Assembly: GCA_045646605.1 (NCBI GenBank)
Contig: JAZRLA010000005.1
Location: forward strand, 11,519 to 75,518
Length of the DNA: 64,000 bases
DNA from: Candidatus Enterousia sp.
GTDB lineage: Bacteria; Pseudomonadota; Alphaproteobacteria; Rs-D84
Direction: 5' to 3'
Within the stretch, counting starts at the first letter, position 1. Every line of letters begins with the position of its first letter. Below, piece by piece: positions 63,542 to 64,000 of this stretch. The notes under the pieces are model-generated. The model was not told the origin of the DNA. It worked only from the letters and a program-made list of their open reading frames with translations, and did no database searches. A program made the translations under genes and the position numbers.

Positions 63542-64000
63542 TCGATTACACCGATGCCGTCTGTTATTCGGCGAAGAAAATTTGGCGAAACTGCAACACA
63601 CGACCGTCATGGTAGTCGGGTGCGGCGCGGTCGGTTCTTTTGCCATCGAAGCATTGGCCCGTTCGGGTATCGGGCACATAATTTTGGTCGATTTCGACGA
63701 AATCGAAGAATCAAATATCAACCGACAACTGTTTGCAACGCAAAACACACTAGGACAAAAGAAAACTGCGGCGGCCCGCGAACGAATTGCCGCGATTTCG
63801 CCGGACATAAAAGTGACAGAATTGGACATTTTTTTCGATGCCGGCACCCTGCCCCCCATGCGTCCCGACTTTGTAATCGACGCCATCGACACAATCGCGT
63901 CCAAAATTGCACTTTATGAATGGTGCACAAAAAATAATGTGCCATTTGTATCATCAATGGGCGCGGCACGCAAAACCGACCCGGCCCAGGTTAAGATTGC
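63534..64000 (+). CDS. tcdA: tRNA threonylcarbamoyladenosine dehydratase (ThiF/MoeB-fold, TcdA/CsdL-like), N-terminal 155 codons (runs off window end)
   Basis: Absent from the ORF track because there is no stop codon in the window. Manual translation gives MPDRLHRCRLLFGEENLAKLQHTTVMVVGCGAVGSFAIEALARSGIGHIILVDFDEIEESNINRQ... It overlaps the tatD stop by 8 nt. Confidence 0.8.
   Translation, partial: MPDRLHRCRLLFGEENLAKLQHTTVMVVGCGAVGSFAIEALARSGIGHIILVDFDEIEESNINRQLFATQNTLGQKKTAAARERIAAISPDIKVTELDIFFDAGTLPPMRPDFVIDAIDTIASKIALYEWCTKNNVPFVSSMGAARKTDPAQVKI

Overview
This 64-kb chromosomal window comes from a moderately AT-rich bacterium. I infer an alphaproteobacterium, probably host-associated, from a GcrA-family gene, the ruvB-ybgC-tolQ-tolR-tolA gene order and a CpaA-type prepilin peptidase; no database search was possible. 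The backbone is housekeeping: dnaE and tcdA (both partial, and absent from the supplied ORF track because they run off the window edges), secA, RNase P RNA, tol genes, ruvB, an OmpR/EnvZ-type two-component pair, argS, acpS, gcrA, lpxA-lpxB, an M23 peptidase-bactofilin-rpiB block, leuS, rplM-rpsI, tig, hisS-prfA, tatD and five tRNA genes that all encode CCA. Between these sit accessory genes for secreted, Cys-rich or repeat-rich proteins. The largest is a 9.8-kb gene for a 3265-aa modular surface protein, and there is also a YadA-type trimeric autotransporter adhesin. The observations most worth a second look are: (1) a small Hin/Gin-type serine invertase next to two inverted 26-bp sites whose core matches Salmonella hixL, bracketing about 110 bp directly upstream of the adhesin gene, which is a candidate phase-variation switch; (2) a 79-aa GIY-YIG nuclease cassette lying between a promoter-bearing 5' fragment of tRNA-Pro and an intact tRNA-Pro, with a 65-nt direct duplication; (3) a family of modular GC-rich hairpin repeats with stop-codon-rich TTAGTG/CACTAA arms fused to gene 3' ends; (4) a four-gene operon of unknown function led by an orphan prepilin-peptidase homologue; (5) His-rich oddities, namely a secreted His-rich protein and a His/Cys insertion in trigger factor. 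All protein calls rest on motif recognition by eye, and all coordinates were counted manually from the numbered sequence.
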